This document shows positions 1 to 9,955 of a stretch of 64,000 nucleotides of DNA, one piece after another. Source of the DNA: Myxococcota bacterium (GTDB lineage Bacteria > Myxococcota_A > Polyangia > Nannocystales > Nannocystaceae); assembly GCA_039028615.1 (NCBI GenBank), contig JBCCHT010000023.1:128001-192000 (forward strand), given 5' to 3'. The number at the start of each line of letters is the position of its first letter. The stretch's first letter is position 1. The notes beneath the pieces were generated by a model, which saw only the letters and a program-made list of their open reading frames with translations, ran no database searches and was not told the origin of the DNA. The position numbers and the translations under genes are program-made.

Positions 1-116
1 CATCGCTCATTCCGCGATTCGGGCCCGCCACCGGGCCGGGCTGGGTGATCCCCCCACTGCACGAAACTGACACCGATTGAAATCGACACTGTATTCTATG
101 ACGCGAGACTCTTCGG

Positions 117-2072
117 ATGGTGATGGAGGACGACGGTACGGACGACACGCCCCTCGGTGACGAAGAGCGTCCCGCACAGACGGACCCACCCGTCGACGAG
201 TCGGAGCCCTCCCCTGAAGACGAGCAAGCAGGGCCGGAGCCGGAAGCGGAACCAGAGCCAGAGGCCGACCACCCGAACTTCCTCCACCGCCTGGGACTCC
301 GACACGAGCGTCGGCAGGCCAACGGGTGCGTCCTCGTCAACAATACCGGGCGTCGCATCGGCGTCTGCCCGAGCCCCAAGCACGGGCCCAAGTGCTCGCC
401 CTTCAAGCACCAGCTCCACGGGCACCTCGTGCTCGCGCCCTTCGGCGAACGCCAGCTGGCCGAGCACGAGGTCGAAGGCTTCGACACCGAGCCATGGGAG
501 GTTCGCAACCTCATCGAGATTTCCAAGGCCTCCGATCAGAACGAGGAGCACCAAGAGCGACGGCGCATCGCGTACATGGCCTTCGTGCGGCTGTGGATCC
601 TCGCCGGGCTGGTGTTCCTGGGCCTCGAGGTCCCGTGGCTCGGCTCGACGACGTGGTACTGGCTGGTGCTCGCCGGGATCGTGCTCGGCCTGAGTTCATC
701 GTTTGCCGAGATCCCCGCGGCCCGGGTCTGGGCTGCACGTGCCGCGAGCTTCTGGGTCACGCTCACCATCGGCGTGGGGCTGCCGCTGGCCGGCGACTGG
801 CTGGTCGGCGGCGGCGTAGCGATCTTCAGCGAGCCCCCCGAGCTGCTGGTGGGGCGCATGGTTCAGCTCATCTTCGTGAGCATCGCCGCCGTGCTGCCCG
901 CCATGCTCTACTACCTCTTCGATCGCCAGCAGGTCGGCACCCTGCGCGAGTCGTTCTTTCGCAACGTCATCGAGCTCGAGCCGAAGATCCTGACCATCGA
1001 AGACGCCAAGAGCGCCTACGGAGGCATGGTCGCCGAGGTCTACGGCAGCGAGGCGGATGCCGATCCGCACGTACGCTTCACCGCGAGCAGCCGGCTCCCC
1101 ATCCTCATCGCCACGCTCGCGCTGACCTCGGGTTGGCTGCTCGTGCTGCCTCCGCTCGCCCGCCCCGAGGCGGACCTGCTGCTGCTGCCCACGCCCACCC
1201 CGGTGAGCTTCGGATTCCTCGGCGCCTACTTCTTCTCCATCGGGATGATCGTCCGCCGCTACACGCGGTCCGACCTCAAGCCGAAGACCTACGGCCACGT
1301 CACCGTGCGCCTGTTGCTGACGGTGGTCCTGGTGTGGGCGCTGTCCGCCCTGCCGCTGTGGACCGACGCGGCCCCCGGGGGCGCCAGCCCCTACCTGCTG
1401 GCGCTGTCGTTCATGGTCGGCATCGTGCCCGACACCGGCCTGATGGTGATTCGTCGCTTCCTCAACACCACGCTGCTGAAGGTGCGCATCGACTCCATGC
1501 ACGAGCGCCTGCCCCTGAGTCGTCTCGATGGCATCACGCTGTACGAGCAAGCCCGGCTCGCCGAAGAAGGCATCGAGGACGTTCAGAACCTCGTGTACTA
1601 CCACCTGGTCGAGCTGGTGCTGCAGACCCGGATCCCGCTGTATCGGCTGATCGACTGGGTCGACCAGGGCATCCTCATCATGCACCTGGGCTCGTCCAAG
1701 GACCTCGAGACCCTGCGCGCCCACGGCATTCGCAACGCGTCCGATCTGAACGCCGCCAACGAAGCCGCGCGGCGACGCGGCAAGACCGACGACTTCTTGG
1801 CGCTGCTCGGCAAGGCGGAGGGCTCGGACCTCAACCGGCTCCAGATCGTCTACGACGCCCTGCAGAACGACGAGTGGTTCGAGAACATCCTGCTGTGGCG
1901 CGAGCGGGCACGCCTGCCGGGTGAGCATGTCTTCACCCTCGAGGAGATGTTCCTGTCGCACCGCGAGATCCTCCAGACGATCGGCATCTCGCACACCACC
2001 CTCGCCGCCCGAAAGGCGAACTCCAGCGGTGCCCCGCCGCGCGAGCTGGACGTCGTCAAGGGCGGCGCGTAG
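117..2072 (+). CDS. Multi-pass membrane protein with C-terminal soluble, possibly helix-hairpin-helix-like domain
   Basis: 651-aa ORF with an acidic N-terminus, several hydrophobic segments (LWILAGLVFLGL, FGFLGAYFFSIGMIV, YLLALSFMVGIV) and C-terminal LDGITLYEQARLAEEGIEDVQNL...LRAHGIRNASDL. Confidence 0.8.
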   Translation: MVMEDDGTDDTPLGDEERPAQTDPPVDESEPSPEDEQAGPEPEAEPEPEADHPNFLHRLGLRHERRQANGCVLVNNTGRRIGVCPSPKHGPKCSPFKHQLHGHLVLAPFGERQLAEHEVEGFDTEPWEVRNLIEISKASDQNEEHQERRRIAYMAFVRLWILAGLVFLGLEVPWLGSTTWYWLVLAGIVLGLSSSFAEIPAARVWAARAASFWVTLTIGVGLPLAGDWLVGGGVAIFSEPPELLVGRMVQLIFVSIAAVLPAMLYYLFDRQQVGTLRESFFRNVIELEPKILTIEDAKSAYGGMVAEVYGSEADADPHVRFTASSRLPILIATLALTSGWLLVLPPLARPEADLLLLPTPTPVSFGFLGAYFFSIGMIVRRYTRSDLKPKTYGHVTVRLLLTVVLVWALSALPLWTDAAPGGASPYLLALSFMVGIVPDTGLMVIRRFLNTTLLKVRIDSMHERLPLSRLDGITLYEQARLAEEGIEDVQNLVYYHLVELVLQTRIPLYRLIDWVDQGILIMHLGSSKDLETLRAHGIRNASDLNAANEAARRRGKTDDFLALLGKAEGSDLNRLQIVYDALQNDEWFENILLWRERARLPGEHVFTLEEMFLSHREILQTIGISHTTLAARKANSSGAPPRELDVVKGGA

Positions 2073-2080
2073 CGGCTCGC

Positions 2081-2253
2081 GGAGCGCAACGACAGTGGTC
2101 GTTCGACCACTCGCTCGCCGCTCGGGGCGCGGCGCATTTTCGGTCGCAGGCGGCGGTTCCCGGGCGAATCGCCCGCTGTGGCACGATTGGCGCGAGGGCG
2201 TTTTCGTCCCCCCGAGGCCCCGCCTACGGTCGAACGACCACTGTCGGCGCTCC
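2081..2253. repeat. Intergenic inverted repeat pair (REP/MITE-like)
   Basis: CGACAGTGGTCGTTCGACC (2090-2108) is the exact reverse complement of 2228-2246. Pairing extends outward via GGAGCGC/GCGCTCC with a 2-nt bulge. Confidence 0.7.
2179..2193 (+). promoter_or_regulatory. Possible sigma54 -24/-12 promoter
   Basis: TGGCACG-ATTG-GCGC: perfect -24 box and GG-N10-GC spacing, but a poor -12 box. Confidence 0.25.
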
Positions 2254-2296
2254 ACCTCGCTCGACCATAGTCGATGGCACCTGGAGCGTTTCCCCA

Positions 2297-2752
2297 ATGA
2301 GTATCCGTAGTATCGCCGCCACGTCATCCGCCCTTCTCATCTCGCTCGCCGTGCTCGGCTCGGCCTGTGACACCACCGAAGATTCGACCGGAGACGACAG
2401 CCTCCGTCACATCCACTTCGAAGCCACCGAGGTCAACGACATCCTCGCCGAGCATCCCGACACCAAGTTCCTCGTCGATCTGCGCGAAGGCAACGTCGTG
2501 CACTTCGACCAAGAGGGCGAGGACTTCGATCTTTCCGCCTTCGAGGCGATCTGCCCCTCGATGCCCGCCCCCATTCCCTTCACCGACATGCTCGAGTCGC
2601 TCGATCTCGAGGTCGATGACGAGTCCGCGTGGTCGATGCGCTCGGAGCTGACCGAGACGAACGACTTCCGCTTCATGGGTGGCTGCGGCGGCGGTGAGCT
2701 CGTGTGCAACTGGTGGGGCCTCGACTGCATCTTCATCGAGACCGCCTGCTGA
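2297..2752 (+). CDS. Hypothetical lipoprotein with Cys-rich C-terminal tail
   Basis: Signal peptide ending LGSAC, acidic body, tail FRFMGGCGGGELVCNWWGLDCIFIETAC. Confidence 0.8.
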   Translation: MSIRSIAATSSALLISLAVLGSACDTTEDSTGDDSLRHIHFEATEVNDILAEHPDTKFLVDLREGNVVHFDQEGEDFDLSAFEAICPSMPAPIPFTDMLESLDLEVDDESAWSMRSELTETNDFRFMGGCGGGELVCNWWGLDCIFIETAC

Positions 2753-3007
2753 GATGCACGTCCCGTCGGCATAGGTCGCGACGGGTCACCGAGGCCGGGC
2801 CTCACCGCATGAGTGAGCTCCGGCCTCTTCATTTTCGAAGGCCGACGTCTTACACGGTTCTTACCCGGACGCCCGGCCGCGAATTGCGGTGCTAGGTTGC
2901 TCGAAGCTCGGCGATGTGCCGGGCCTCGTCGAACAACAGGAGTGACGGCCACGGTGCCGCCTGCCCGAGGATTCTCGGGAGGCATCACCGATGTCGGCCG
3001 GATCTCG

Positions 3008-4570
3008 ATGCATCTCGAGCGAAACGACACCGTGCAACCATTGAACGCCCCCGCCCGTATTCTCCTCGGACTCGCCCCCATCGCTGCCCTCGGCCTCGTC
3101 GCCGCAGCTCCGGGCACCTCGTCCGCCTACATCGTCGATCAGACCAACGACTCTCCCAGCGTCACGCCCATCGATTGCAGCGTCTGCGAGTCCGTCGCAG
3201 GTGGCTGCACCCTGCGTGCCGCCGTCGAGACCGCCAATGCCTGCAACGTGCTGCCGACGCTCGACGATCGGATCGACTTCGACACCTCCGCGCCCATCCT
3301 GCTGACGATCCCGGGCTCGGGCACCAGCAGCGCCGCCACCGGGGACCTCGACGTCACCTCGCCTCTCGTCGTGAGCGCGCCCGCCCAGCAATTCGTCATG
3401 CAGACGGCCATGGACCGCATCTGGGATGTGCACGCGCCGCTCACCCTGGAGAACATCAACACCCAGGACGGGATGGGTACCGACGACGGCGGGTGCCTGC
3501 GCAACGACTCCGGCTCCCTGCTCACCCTCACCAACAGCAGCTTCTGGTACTGCAACGCCGACAACAATGGCGGAGCGGTCTACTCCGATGGCCCCGTGAT
3601 CTTCGACGGTGGCGTGGTGGCGCATAGCCGCGCGGGCAACAACGGCGGTGGGATCTTCGTGATCAACGCCGACGCGGACATCTTCGCCAACGTCATCAGC
3701 AAAAACATGGCGGACAACAACGGCGGGAACGTGTTCCTGTGGGAGTCGGGCAGCAACGTCATCACCGCCAACATCGCCGTGCCCGAGCTCAGCCGCGGAT
3801 ACGCGGCCGCCGGCCATGGGGGCAGCCTCTACACCACGCTCAGTCAGACCTTCATCGACGACACCAACATCGAGCGCAGCACCGCCGAGCGGCACGGGGG
3901 CGGCATCTATAGCGGCACGGGCATGCTGACCATCCACGACTCGGCGATCTTCGACAACGAGAGTCGCAGCTCGGGTGGTGGCATCAGCAAGCGCGAGGGC
4001 GACATGCTGCTGCGCTACGCCGCCGTCTACGGCAACGATGCCGAGCACAGCGGCGGCGCCATCGAGCTGTGGGCCCGCAACGGACGGTGGGCCAACGCCT
4101 CCCTGGAGAACGTGACCATCGGCCAAAACACCGCCGACTATCAGGGTGGTGCCGTGCTCTTGGCGCGCGACACTGGCATCGAGCTGCATTCGGTGACCAT
4201 GGTCGACAACGTCGCGGGCAGCTACGCGGGAGGCATCGCCGCGACCAGCAACTCGTACGGCGCTCGCATCAACCGCGTGGCCATGTCCGGCAACGCCGCG
4301 CCCGTGGGGCCCGACTGCACAGGTGACGTCGAGATGTTCCCGGGCACCGAGAGCCTCGTCTCGGACACCAGCGGATGCAACGTCATGGGAAGCGGCGCGT
4401 ATCTCAATCTGCCGCTCCAGCACACCACGAGCGGTTTTGGCCTCAGCTACCACGCCGCGCTGCTCCCGGGCAGCCCCGCGCTCGATGTACCGGGCGTGTG
4501 CCTGCCCGACGATCAATTCCACACCCCGCGCTCGCCCACGCTGTGCGAGCTGGGGGCCTTCGAGCAATAG
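3008..4570 (+). CDS. Secreted CSLREA-type / parallel beta-helix repeat protein (choice-of-anchor Q-like C-terminus)
   Basis: Signal peptide, CTLRAAV motif, repeated N-x-A-x-x-x-GG(A/G) units, C-terminal LLPGSPALD...CELGAFE. Start is 3008 or GTG 3032, not 2813. Confidence 0.85.
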   Translation: MHLERNDTVQPLNAPARILLGLAPIAALGLVAAAPGTSSAYIVDQTNDSPSVTPIDCSVCESVAGGCTLRAAVETANACNVLPTLDDRIDFDTSAPILLTIPGSGTSSAATGDLDVTSPLVVSAPAQQFVMQTAMDRIWDVHAPLTLENINTQDGMGTDDGGCLRNDSGSLLTLTNSSFWYCNADNNGGAVYSDGPVIFDGGVVAHSRAGNNGGGIFVINADADIFANVISKNMADNNGGNVFLWESGSNVITANIAVPELSRGYAAAGHGGSLYTTLSQTFIDDTNIERSTAERHGGGIYSGTGMLTIHDSAIFDNESRSSGGGISKREGDMLLRYAAVYGNDAEHSGGAIELWARNGRWANASLENVTIGQNTADYQGGAVLLARDTGIELHSVTMVDNVAGSYAGGIAATSNSYGARINRVAMSGNAAPVGPDCTGDVEMFPGTESLVSDTSGCNVMGSGAYLNLPLQHTTSGFGLSYHAALLPGSPALDVPGVCLPDDQFHTPRSPTLCELGAFEQ

Positions 4571-4613
4571 CGCTCCCGGGCCGTACTCCCTCGGCCCGTG
4601 GCGACTTTGGTCG

Positions 4614-5345
4614 TCACGGGTCGATGCCGTAGAGGCGGTTGAGCGCCGCGGCGATCGCTTGCTTCTGTTCGTCGTTGTACTCGATCGCTGCTTCGTTGTC
4701 GGAGTCCACGCTGCCGCAGACGCCCGTGAACGCGCCCGAGCCCAGCTTGGCGTCGCATGCATCGCGGATGTCGCTGGGGATGGCAAAGGGCGCGACGCCG
4801 TAGTCCTTGGCCTCGAAGCGCAGGTGCTCGTGGAGCCCGTGGGCGATGGCGAGCGCGTCGGCGTGGGGGATGCTGTTGATGACGCCAACGTTGGCCCGCC
4901 CGCCGCAGAGGGTGTACCGACGCAGGAGCTCGGCGAGCGCATCGTTGCCCTCGCATACGCTCGCCACCGTGCTGCTGCCGTCGGGGCGCGGGATGATGAA
5001 CGCCTTGCCGTTGCCGCCGTCGAAGACGCGCCAGTACTCGCGCTCGAGGACGGGCGAGCAGTCCATCAGCCAGGCGTGGCCAGCCGCGGCGTGATATCCG
5101 GGGCGGCTGCCGTCACCGGGCGCCGTGCAATCGCGCTTGGGTGGGGGGCTGACACTGTCGGTAGAATCGGGGCCGGGCGCAGCAGGCGGGAGCGCTTCGG
5201 GACCGGGCTGAGACCCCGGCGACTCGGCCGGGGCCTCGGGTCGAGCCGCGGCCGGCTTCTCTGCTCCATCCGCCTTCGTGTTGTGGCATCCCGCGGGGAG
5301 AACGGAAGTCAGCGCCAGGAAACAACCGAAGGAGTGCCACCGCAT
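4614..5345 (-). CDS. Hypothetical lipoprotein
   Basis: Lipobox-like LPAGC, Pro/Ala linker, Cys-containing domain. Confidence 0.75.
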   Translation of the reverse strand: MRWHSFGCFLALTSVLPAGCHNTKADGAEKPAAARPEAPAESPGSQPGPEALPPAAPGPDSTDSVSPPPKRDCTAPGDGSRPGYHAAAGHAWLMDCSPVLEREYWRVFDGGNGKAFIIPRPDGSSTVASVCEGNDALAELLRRYTLCGGRANVGVINSIPHADALAIAHGLHEHLRFEAKDYGVAPFAIPSDIRDACDAKLGSGAFTGVCGSVDSDNEAAIEYNDEQKQAIAAALNRLYGIDP

Positions 5346-5519
5346 CGTCGAACCATACCGCGAGGCACTCCCGCGCGCCGTGGTGCAAATGCGCCGAACT
5401 GCCAGCGCGCGAAGGCTCGCGTGGCCGCACTAGCACGGCGCTCCCAGGGCGTCGATTGACCACGGGGTCAGCATTCCCGAGGTGCTGCGACTCCGTTGGT
5501 GGCGAATAGTCAGCGATGG

Positions 5520-6416
5520 ATGCATGCCTTCGCCCGCCTCCGTGCCCCCGACGGAGCCGCCCACACGCTGTCGCACGGAGACTTCATCGGTCGTCTGGAA
5601 CGCGCGGCGCTGGCCATCGACGACGGTCGGGTCAGCGAGGCCCATGCGATGGTGAGCCTGCGTGAGCGTGAGCTCCGGCTGATCGCGCTGAGAGGCATGT
5701 TTGCCCTCCGCGGCAGCCCGACGCGAGAACTTGCGCTGAAAAGAGGCCAGCGGATCGAGCTGGCGACCGGCTTGTTCGTCGAGGTCGAAGAGGTGGCGCT
5801 GCCCACCGAGGTGCTGGGCATCGAGGGGCCCGGCCTGCCGCGACAGATGCTGCCCCCGGTCGCGTCGATCCTCGATGGGCCCCGCCCGCAGGTCGCCGCG
5901 GGCTGGCTGCCCGACGCGGCGGTGCACGTGTGGACCACGGGGCGCGGCTGGAGCCTGCGCGATGGCCAGAGGACCCATCGGCTCGACCCCGGGACTCGTC
6001 ACGCGTTCGGTGAACACACGCTCGATTTCGTCGCGGTGCCCCTGGCCGCCGCGAGTGGCTCACCGACTCGACGCAAGGGCGGGGTCGACGAGCCGCTGGC
6101 CCTCGTGGCGAGCTTCGACTCGGTGCACGTGCGGCGAGCGGGCGGTGAACAAGTGGTGCTCATGGGGCAGCGCGCCCGGGTGATCTCCGAACTCGTGGCC
6201 ATGGGTGGCCCGGTGAGCTGGGAAGTGCTGGCGGGAGAAGTGTGGCCCGGCCATCCCGACGTGGCCCGGCTGCGGGGGCGCCTGGACACCTGTCTGACGC
6301 GGCTGCGCCGTCAGCTACGAGAGGGCGGCATCCGAACCGACCTCGTACGCATGGATGGCTCGGGTCGGGTCGAGCTGCTGCTCTACGCTCACGACACCGT
6401 CGACGACCGCACATGA
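5520..6416 (+). CDS. FHA-domain transcriptional regulator with C-terminal winged-helix domain
   Basis: FHA motifs IGR...VSEAHA; C-terminal VSWEVLAGEVWP...RLDTCLTRLRRQL resembles an OmpR-type wHTH. The stop overlaps the next start (ATGA). Confidence 0.8.
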   Translation: MHAFARLRAPDGAAHTLSHGDFIGRLERAALAIDDGRVSEAHAMVSLRERELRLIALRGMFALRGSPTRELALKRGQRIELATGLFVEVEEVALPTEVLGIEGPGLPRQMLPPVASILDGPRPQVAAGWLPDAAVHVWTTGRGWSLRDGQRTHRLDPGTRHAFGEHTLDFVAVPLAAASGSPTRRKGGVDEPLALVASFDSVHVRRAGGEQVVLMGQRARVISELVAMGGPVSWEVLAGEVWPGHPDVARLRGRLDTCLTRLRRQLREGGIRTDLVRMDGSGRVELLLYAHDTVDDRT

Positions 6417-9340
6417 TCTTCGACGAGCGACCCGACGCGATCAGTGGGCTCCCGTTCGCGGTCGATGACGGGCCGGGGCCCGACGACGAGCCCAGCCCGC
6501 TCGATCTCGCCGAGGAGGTCCGCTACCGCGGTGGCGGCTTGCTGGGCACGGGAGGGATGGGGGAGGTACGGGTCGCGTGCGACCGCCGACTCGACCGCAG
6601 CGTCGCGATCAAGCGCGCCGCGGTGCCTCATCCCGCGGCCGAGCGAGCGTTGCTGCACGAAGCGACCATCACCGCTCGACTCGACCATCCCGGCATCGTC
6701 CCCGTGCTCGGCGCGGGGCGGGACGCACAGGGGCGGGCCTACTACACGATGCCCGTGCTTCAGGGTCGAACCTTGGCCGAGCGAGTCGCAGTCGCCGAAG
6801 GGATGCCCACCCGACTGCCCTTGCTTCGGCCGTTTCTGCACGCGTGCGAAGCCGTCGCGCACGCGCACCGCCGGGGCGTGCTGCATCGCGACCTCAAGCC
6901 GGACAACATCCAAGTCAGCGAGCACGGCGGCACGGTGGTGCTCGATTGGGGGCTCGCGTGCACGGTGGACGATGCACGTACGGGCGGCGGGCCCACCGGG
7001 ACTCCGGGGTTCGCATCTCCCGAACAGAGCGAAGGACGGCCTACGGATGCCCGTGCCGACGTGTTCGGGCTGGGAGCGACCCTCGCCGCGTTGCTCGGAT
7101 CCGATGCTACCGCGATTCCCCCGGAGCTGGTGGCCATTCGCGACAAAGCTCGCGCCACCGATCCCGACCACCGATACGCGGACGCAGCCGCACTCGCCGA
7201 CGATGTCGCGGCATGGCTCGACGGACGAGTGGTCGCCGCTCATCGCTACGATCTGTGGTCGTTGGCGCGACGGGCCTGGCGAGAGCGACGAACGACGATC
7301 CTGATCGCCGTCACCATGGTCGCGGTGGTTTCACTCGCGGTGGTGGTGGGCTGGATCAACACGCGACGCGAGCGCGATGCGGCGCAAGCAGCCGAGCGCT
7401 CGGCGATCAGAGCCCGGCGGCAGTCGGATCGACACCTCCAGCGGGCCCTCACCGCCCAGGCCATGGTCGCGGCCGCAGCCGATCGCCCCGTGAACGCCCG
7501 CGAAGCCGCCTCCCGGGCGCTGGCGCTGGGACCCTCCCCCCAGGCACTCGGCGTGTTGGCTCGGTACGGCTACGGGGCGTCTCCCCGCGCCGCAGGCCAC
7601 CATTCGCCGGGGTCTTGTCGTCGCATTGCGTTGTCTGCCCAAGGTACTCGCAGCGCATGCATCGACGCCGACGAAGCCCGGCTGAGTACGATGCGCGGCG
7701 GAGACACGACGACGATCGCCGGGCACTTCGAAGACGCGATCATCGGCGAGCAATGGACGGTGCTGGTGGCCAGCGGCGACACGATCGTCGCGCACGGACC
7801 CGCGGGAGTGCGGACGCATGTCCTCGACCACCCTCCGGTCCCGATCGCGCTCGATGGCTCCCGTGCGTTGATCCAACGCCACCGCCGCGCCACGTGGCTC
7901 GATCTCGACTCCGGTACGCCGACGATGGCCGTCGACTGCCGCCCCCACTACGTCCAGGGGCTCGCGGTCTCGGCCACGGGCTCGGTCGTCGCCGCATGCT
8001 CGGACGGGCGTCTGCGGGGCACGGCGCAGCCACGCCATCTCCGGCTCGAGCAGCCCGAGGACGCCGGGCCCATCGTGCAGCTGGCCACCGATCCAGAAGG
8101 GAGGCGCCTGGCCGTCGCCACCGTGCACGGCGTGATCACCCTGGTCGATCGCACGACCGGCCGCGTGCGCCTCGAGATCGCGCACGGAGGCTCGGTCCAC
8201 ACCATGGCGCTGCACGCCGATCGCCTGGCGGTGAGTGACGCCGAAGGCGACGTCGCGGTCTACGACGCGACCACGGGACGACGGCTCGCCACCCTCCCGG
8301 GCCCGGCCTCCGACCTGCGCTGGCTCGACGACCGCCGGGTCCTGCGGATCGCCGCCACGAGCGTGCAAGACTGGCGATTGCCGAGCGAGACGCTGCCGCG
8401 GCGAATGACCTCGAACTCGGGCATCGCCGCCATCGACATCTCTCCCGACGGCACGCTCGTGGCCAGCGTGCACGGTGACGGCACGCTGCGAGTGCGGCGA
8501 CGGTCCGACGGCCACGTCGTCACCCATGCGCGCTGGCAAGACGGGGTGCTCAAAGACGCGGAGTTCTCCCCCGACGGCCGGCACCTCGCCGTGAGTGCAG
8601 CCCAGCACGCCGGGGTCTCGCTGTTCGACACCAGCACCTGGCAACGCGCGTGGCTTCCCGGTCCGCACCACTACCCGCGACTGGCGTGGCTGGGCGACGA
8701 CCAGCTGCTCGCGATGGCGTACGAGCGTGTGCTCGAGCGCTGGACCCCCGACGGTCGCTTTGCCCGGGTCGAGTCGATGGCACGCAACAAACCGGAGGAC
8801 TTCGAGCTCGCCAACGACGGCCGTTCCGCGCTGCTGCTGAGCATCGATGGCATGGTCCAGCGGATCGACCGCGACGGGACGGTGACGCGCCTGGCCGACC
8901 ATCCCGACGCAGAGGCGATCGCCAGTGGTCGCTCCGTGCTGGTCATCGCCGAGCGCGACGCGCTGGTGGTCACGACCCCGTTCGGCGATGTGCTCCGCCA
9001 CGACCTCGACCACGGCCGCCCCGTCGATCTCGCGGTATCCCCGGGCGACGAGTTCATCGCGGTGGGGCATCTCGATGGCCACGCCACTTTGTGGAGGACT
9101 CGCCCGCTGGAGCGGCTGGCCGAGCTTCCGGGCCATCGCCAGCGGGTGTCGGCGCTGGCCTTCGACCCCGCGGGCTCGTTCGTGGTCACGGGCAGCTGGG
9201 ACGGCGACCTACGGTTTTGGTCCCTCGATGCGATACGCCGAGACCCCGGTCCGCGCCCCGGGGCATGGATTCCCCGCGTGGGCCGGACCGAGGTCCTGGC
9301 GTCGGCCGAGCTCGGCACGACGTCACCTCGTGGCGAGTGA
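6413..9340 (+). CDS. Ser/Thr protein kinase with TM segment and WD40 repeats
   Basis: GTGGMG, VAIK, HRDLKPDN, DWG, GTPGFASPE; TM helix; WD40 repeat GHRQRVSALAF...TGSWDGDLRFW. ATG 6413 overlaps the upstream TGA. Confidence 0.9.
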   Translation: MIFDERPDAISGLPFAVDDGPGPDDEPSPLDLAEEVRYRGGGLLGTGGMGEVRVACDRRLDRSVAIKRAAVPHPAAERALLHEATITARLDHPGIVPVLGAGRDAQGRAYYTMPVLQGRTLAERVAVAEGMPTRLPLLRPFLHACEAVAHAHRRGVLHRDLKPDNIQVSEHGGTVVLDWGLACTVDDARTGGGPTGTPGFASPEQSEGRPTDARADVFGLGATLAALLGSDATAIPPELVAIRDKARATDPDHRYADAAALADDVAAWLDGRVVAAHRYDLWSLARRAWRERRTTILIAVTMVAVVSLAVVVGWINTRRERDAAQAAERSAIRARRQSDRHLQRALTAQAMVAAAADRPVNAREAASRALALGPSPQALGVLARYGYGASPRAAGHHSPGSCRRIALSAQGTRSACIDADEARLSTMRGGDTTTIAGHFEDAIIGEQWTVLVASGDTIVAHGPAGVRTHVLDHPPVPIALDGSRALIQRHRRATWLDLDSGTPTMAVDCRPHYVQGLAVSATGSVVAACSDGRLRGTAQPRHLRLEQPEDAGPIVQLATDPEGRRLAVATVHGVITLVDRTTGRVRLEIAHGGSVHTMALHADRLAVSDAEGDVAVYDATTGRRLATLPGPASDLRWLDDRRVLRIAATSVQDWRLPSETLPRRMTSNSGIAAIDISPDGTLVASVHGDGTLRVRRRSDGHVVTHARWQDGVLKDAEFSPDGRHLAVSAAQHAGVSLFDTSTWQRAWLPGPHHYPRLAWLGDDQLLAMAYERVLERWTPDGRFARVESMARNKPEDFELANDGRSALLLSIDGMVQRIDRDGTVTRLADHPDAEAIASGRSVLVIAERDALVVTTPFGDVLRHDLDHGRPVDLAVSPGDEFIAVGHLDGHATLWRTRPLERLAELPGHRQRVSALAFDPAGSFVVTGSWDGDLRFWSLDAIRRDPGPRPGAWIPRVGRTEVLASAELGTTSPRGE

Positions 9341-9955
9341 GTCGATCTCTCGGGCGAGGATCTCGTCGGCATGCTCGGCCTCGGCCCGACGCCGCACCGC
9401 CCGGGCGATGGCCATCAAGCCGGCGACGACGAAGATGAACAAGGCGGAGGCGAACAACATCAGGCGCTGGCGTCGAGTCTTCGCGTCCTTCAGGCTCCCG
9501 GCGAAGCCCCCCGTCCCGCGCAGGCCCTCGCTGTGGACGTAGTGAGCCGTCGTGTCCTTGCGCGGGCGACCGAAGGCCATGTCCACCCGGCGAATGTCGG
9601 CGCGGTGAACGTTGCGACCGACCGCCCGAGTCCCCCGCGGGGCGAGCTCGAGCGAGGGGTCGGGGCGAAACGAGATCCGGTGGTCGAAGGTCACCCGATG
9701 AACCCCGTCGCCGGGGGGCAGCGGCAGCGGCAGCACGTCGTCGCGCTCGGCCTCGTCCCGCGGCATGGTGACCCGCAGGGTGTGCTCCCCGAGCACTTCC
9801 ATCGTCGCGTCGTCGGGGAGCGGAGTCGCCAGCGGCTCCTGGGTGCTCGCGCTCCACTCGCTGTCGATGACCACGTGCTCGGGCTCCAGGTGGACGTAGT
9901 GCGCCGAATCGGGGATCGGACCCGCGAGGGCGAGCACCAGGGTCGCGGCGAGCAT
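9323..9955 (-). CDS. Hypothetical exported protein with C-terminal membrane anchor
   Basis: N-terminal hydrophobic signal, C-terminal TM (LMLFASALFIFVVAGLMAI); start overlaps the upstream stop. Confidence 0.7.
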   Translation of the reverse strand: MLAATLVLALAGPIPDSAHYVHLEPEHVVIDSEWSASTQEPLATPLPDDATMEVLGEHTLRVTMPRDEAERDDVLPLPLPPGDGVHRVTFDHRISFRPDPSLELAPRGTRAVGRNVHRADIRRVDMAFGRPRKDTTAHYVHSEGLRGTGGFAGSLKDAKTRRQRLMLFASALFIFVVAGLMAIARAVRRRAEAEHADEILAREIDSLATR

